A stretch of DNA of 10,171 nt from Trueperaceae bacterium (GTDB lineage Bacteria > Deinococcota > Deinococci > Deinococcales > Trueperaceae), in the NCBI GenBank assembly GCA_040905465.1, contig JBBDRK010000050.1:16527-26697 (forward strand). The letters run 5' to 3'. A program made the position numbers and the translations under genes. Under the pieces are notes generated by a model. That model made no database searches. It saw only the letters and a program-made list of their open reading frames with translations, and had not been told where the DNA came from. Positions 7,543 to 10,171 of this stretch are shown in pieces; within the stretch, counting starts at the first letter, position 1, and each line of letters begins with the position of its first letter.

Positions 7543-8478
7543 TCACTCATATCGAATCTGAGGATCGAGGAATGCGTAGGAGATATCTACGAGGAGGTTG
7601 CTGAAGACCACGATCACGCCAATCATCAGGATTACGCCTTCTACTACGGCGAAGTCTCGCCGAGATATCGACAGGATCAGGAGACGGCCTATACCGGGGC
7701 GTGAGAAGACTGTTTCAGTGACCACCGCACCGCCGACGATTCCCGGTATCTGGGCCCCAACGTACGTCACGACTGGGATGAGCGCATTTCTCAGGGCATG
7801 GTGAGTCACTACTTTCCGTTCGACCTGTCCTTTCGAACGAGCAGTCCTGACGTAGTCCTCGCGCAGCACATCCAACATGCTCGATCTGATCAGCCGGGTC
7901 GTCAGGGCTGCCCAGGCAGTTCCCAGAGCAATGGTTGGGAGGATCAGGTGACTCAAAGTCCCTGCCCCGCTTGCCGGTAGCCAGTTGAGCGTTACCGCGA
8001 ACAGGGAAATCAGCATGAGGCCGAGCCAGAAGTTCGGGATCGACACTCCAAGGATCGCAATCGACATGCTCAGCCCGTCAAGCCAGGTGTTGTGGAATAG
8101 CGCCGCGAAGACCCCGAGTACGGTCGCAATTGCGACTGCGAACAGCAATGCCGCGACGCCCAACTGCAGGGTGTAGGGAAGCCGGTCCAGGATCATGTTG
8201 CTGACCAGCTCCCGACTATGTAGTGACGTCCCGAACTCACCTCTAACCGTGTTCGAGATGTAATGAAGAAACTGAATGTGCAGAGGCTGATCCAGTCCGA
8301 GGGATTCCCGCAGGCGATCGACGTCAGCTTGCGTCGCTCTCGGATCCTCCGCCATATAGGCGGTCAACGGGTCGCCGGGCACGAGGTGCAGCAGAAGGAA
8401 AATAAACAGTAGCAGGAGAAACAGGACTGGTATCGAGACCGTAATCCGCCTTAAGGCATAGATGATGAGACCAGACAA
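7543..8478 (-). CDS. ABC transporter permease, DppB/OppB type
   Basis: VPGDP, LGLDQPLHIQF, SIPNFWLG, EAA loop EDYVRTARSKG, HALRNALIP, ETVFSRPGIG and NLLVDISYAFLDP. TTG start with an AAGGA RBS-like sequence upstream. Confidence 0.97.
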   Translation of the reverse strand: MSGLIIYALRRITVSIPVLFLLLLFIFLLLHLVPGDPLTAYMAEDPRATQADVDRLRESLGLDQPLHIQFLHYISNTVRGEFGTSLHSRELVSNMILDRLPYTLQLGVAALLFAVAIATVLGVFAALFHNTWLDGLSMSIAILGVSIPNFWLGLMLISLFAVTLNWLPASGAGTLSHLILPTIALGTAWAALTTRLIRSSMLDVLREDYVRTARSKGQVERKVVTHHALRNALIPVVTYVGAQIPGIVGGAVVTETVFSRPGIGRLLILSISRRDFAVVEGVILMIGVIVVFSNLLVDISYAFLDPQIRYE

Positions 8479-8503
8479 GTCCGTCCTTACCTTTCGTAAT
8501 CAG

Positions 8504-8591
8504 CTAGCGCAGAGGGGATCGTTCCTTGTACTTCTCTGGCCAGCTGCGTATAGCGGCGGCCGGATCGATCCCCTCTGGAGCGAGGCGCTAG
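8504..8591 (-). repeat. Long intercistronic inverted repeat between the binding-protein and permease genes
   Basis: Perfect 12-bp arms CAGAGGGGATCG (8510-8521) and CGATCCCCTCTG (8566-8577), outer arms CTAGCG (8504-8509) and CGCTAG (8586-8591), and an inner GC stem at 8538-8561. Confidence 0.75.
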
Positions 8592-8595
8592 TCCC

Positions 8596-10170
8596 TTATC
8601 TCAGGTAGACCTGGGGGATGAAGTGGATGACGTCCAAGGTGTGAATGAGCGTCATGTCCTCAGGCCATACGACATTCGCCTGCGACACGAGCCAGACGGG
8701 CACGGCAACCATCGGATAACTCGGCAGGTCGCGCGCAAGGATCTCCTGGGCTTCGTGGTAGGCATCAAGCCGCTCCTCGTCGCTGATCCCCGCCGAGCGG
8801 CCAGTCTCCAACAGTTCGTCGAGCCTTGGGTTGTCGTACCAGTTTCTATTCTGGACCGGAATGTTGTTCGAATGGAAGTAGGTGTAGAGGTAGTCGGCCG
8901 CGATAATTCCGTTACGACGCGCAATTCGAAGATCGAAATTGCCGCTGCGCATGTACTCGAAGTAGGTGTTGAACTCGAACGACGCTATCTCGAGATCTAC
9001 GCCTATGTCGCTCAGGTTCTGTTGGATGATCTGTGCCTGGTCCAACAAGTCTGGGCTCGAGGAGTCGGTCAGCAACTCGATCGACAGCTGCTCACCTTCG
9101 TCGTTGCGGAGCACCCCTTCGTTGTCCTGAGTCCAGCCTGCCTCCTCGAGCAGGGACAGGGCGGTATCTGGATCGAACGCATAGGTTGGAACATCGTCGT
9201 TGTACTCCAGGATCGCGGGGGGAAGCATGTTTTTCGTAGGAACGCCGCCGGCGGCCTCGTACAAGGAGAGAATGGACCCCTCGTTGATTGCATGCGCGAT
9301 AGCATGCCTAACCGCACGATTCTCCTCCCCTCCGACATAAGGGTGTTCGTCGAAGAAGCCGAGGAACTGAACGTTGCTTGGTTCGGTCGAGAAGGCATTG
9401 AGGTCTGGGTTAGCCCTGAACCGGGGTATGTCATCCGTCGATACGGATAGGTCCAGGTCGATCTCGCCGGCATCCATGGCTAGGACTCGCGCCTGATCGT
9501 CAGGCATTACCCGCAGGACGATCTCGTCCAGGTATGGGCGGCCACCGTAGTAATCCTCGTTGGCTTCGAGCGTCATGTCCAGTCCCCGTCTCCATTCCAC
9601 CAAGCGAAACGGGCCTGATCCTACCGGGTCGAGACCGAAACCTTGTACGTCGCTCTCATATACCGACTTGGGGTAGATCGGATGCTCCCAGATGTCGAAC
9701 TCCAGTGTCGCAAGTACCGGCGCGTTGAGATGCATATCCAAGGTGTAATCGTCGACGACAACTACATCGGCGACACTGGCGTAGCGGGCCGGGTACGGGG
9801 ATTCGTACTCGGGCAGGCGGGCCACGTCCATCGTGAATTTGACGTCTTCGGCAGTGACGGGATCACCGTTGTGGAATGTTGCGTCCCGCCGCAAATTGAA
9901 GCGCCAGCGCAATCCATCATCGGCTATCTCCCAACTCTCGGCAAGACGAGGTTGGTACTGCATTGTGGCCCTGTTCAGGACAGCCAGGCTATCGAAGATC
10001 AGTCGCTGAGGAACACCGACAGCGATTGACGTAGGGGTGAAGATGCGATCGACATTGTCGAGTTCAGACGTGACGCCGATCCGCAACGTTCCACCGTAGC
10101 TCGCATCGGCCCCCTGCGAAAATGCGGCGGGCAGTAGCATGGTCAGTGCCAAGAAGGCGACAACGAGCAT
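8596..10170 (-). CDS. ABC transporter substrate-binding protein, family 5 (peptide/nickel/opine); true start possibly beyond the window edge
   Basis: YGGTLRIG, PRLAESWE, FNLRRDATFHNGDPVTAEDVKFT (family-5 signature), PVGSGPF and VRHAIAHAIN. Hydrophobic signal region ending AFS-Q with no Cys/lipobox. The missing basic n-region suggests a start upstream of 10170. Confidence 0.95.
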   Translation of the reverse strand: MLVVAFLALTMLLPAAFSQGADASYGGTLRIGVTSELDNVDRIFTPTSIAVGVPQRLIFDSLAVLNRATMQYQPRLAESWEIADDGLRWRFNLRRDATFHNGDPVTAEDVKFTMDVARLPEYESPYPARYASVADVVVVDDYTLDMHLNAPVLATLEFDIWEHPIYPKSVYESDVQGFGLDPVGSGPFRLVEWRRGLDMTLEANEDYYGGRPYLDEIVLRVMPDDQARVLAMDAGEIDLDLSVSTDDIPRFRANPDLNAFSTEPSNVQFLGFFDEHPYVGGEENRAVRHAIAHAINEGSILSLYEAAGGVPTKNMLPPAILEYNDDVPTYAFDPDTALSLLEEAGWTQDNEGVLRNDEGEQLSIELLTDSSSPDLLDQAQIIQQNLSDIGVDLEIASFEFNTYFEYMRSGNFDLRIARRNGIIAADYLYTYFHSNNIPVQNRNWYDNPRLDELLETGRSAGISDEERLDAYHEAQEILARDLPSYPMVAVPVWLVSQANVVWPEDMTLIHTLDVIHFIPQVYLR

Positions 10171-10171
10171 T

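Noticed and set aside
8623..9450. 275-aa antisense ORF over the SBP gene (also 9643-10029)
   Set aside because: Antisense shadow in codon register with the real gene; no family motifs.
1..10171. Mobile elements, CRISPR arrays, tRNA/rRNA, defence systems
   Set aside because: No transposase, integrase or nuclease motifs, no regularly spaced repeats and no RNA-gene signatures were seen.

Overview
Ten protein-coding genes lie in two blocks, with no rRNA, tRNA, CRISPR array or recognisable mobile element. The left block (1-4103) looks like detoxification/efflux: a PadR regulator, an LmrB-like DHA2 MFS exporter, a GNAT acetyltransferase, an APH/choline-kinase-family phosphotransferase and a VOC protein. 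The right block (4183-10171, minus strand, lower GC in spot counts) is an apparent uptake-catabolism operon: a family-5 ABC solute-binding protein, two Dpp/Opp-type permeases, a cytoplasmic CapA/PGA_cap-family metalloenzyme and an M20D amidohydrolase. The best candidate for an undescribed system is this operon. Its CapA-family protein has no capB/capC partners in the window, no export signal and two altered catalytic-motif residues, and the binding protein has Arg residues where peptide-binding proteins usually have Trp/Asp. A second lead is an exact 12-nt motif shared by two intergenic regions at similar distances upstream of the MFS and VOC genes. All calls come from motif recognition by eye; no searches were run.
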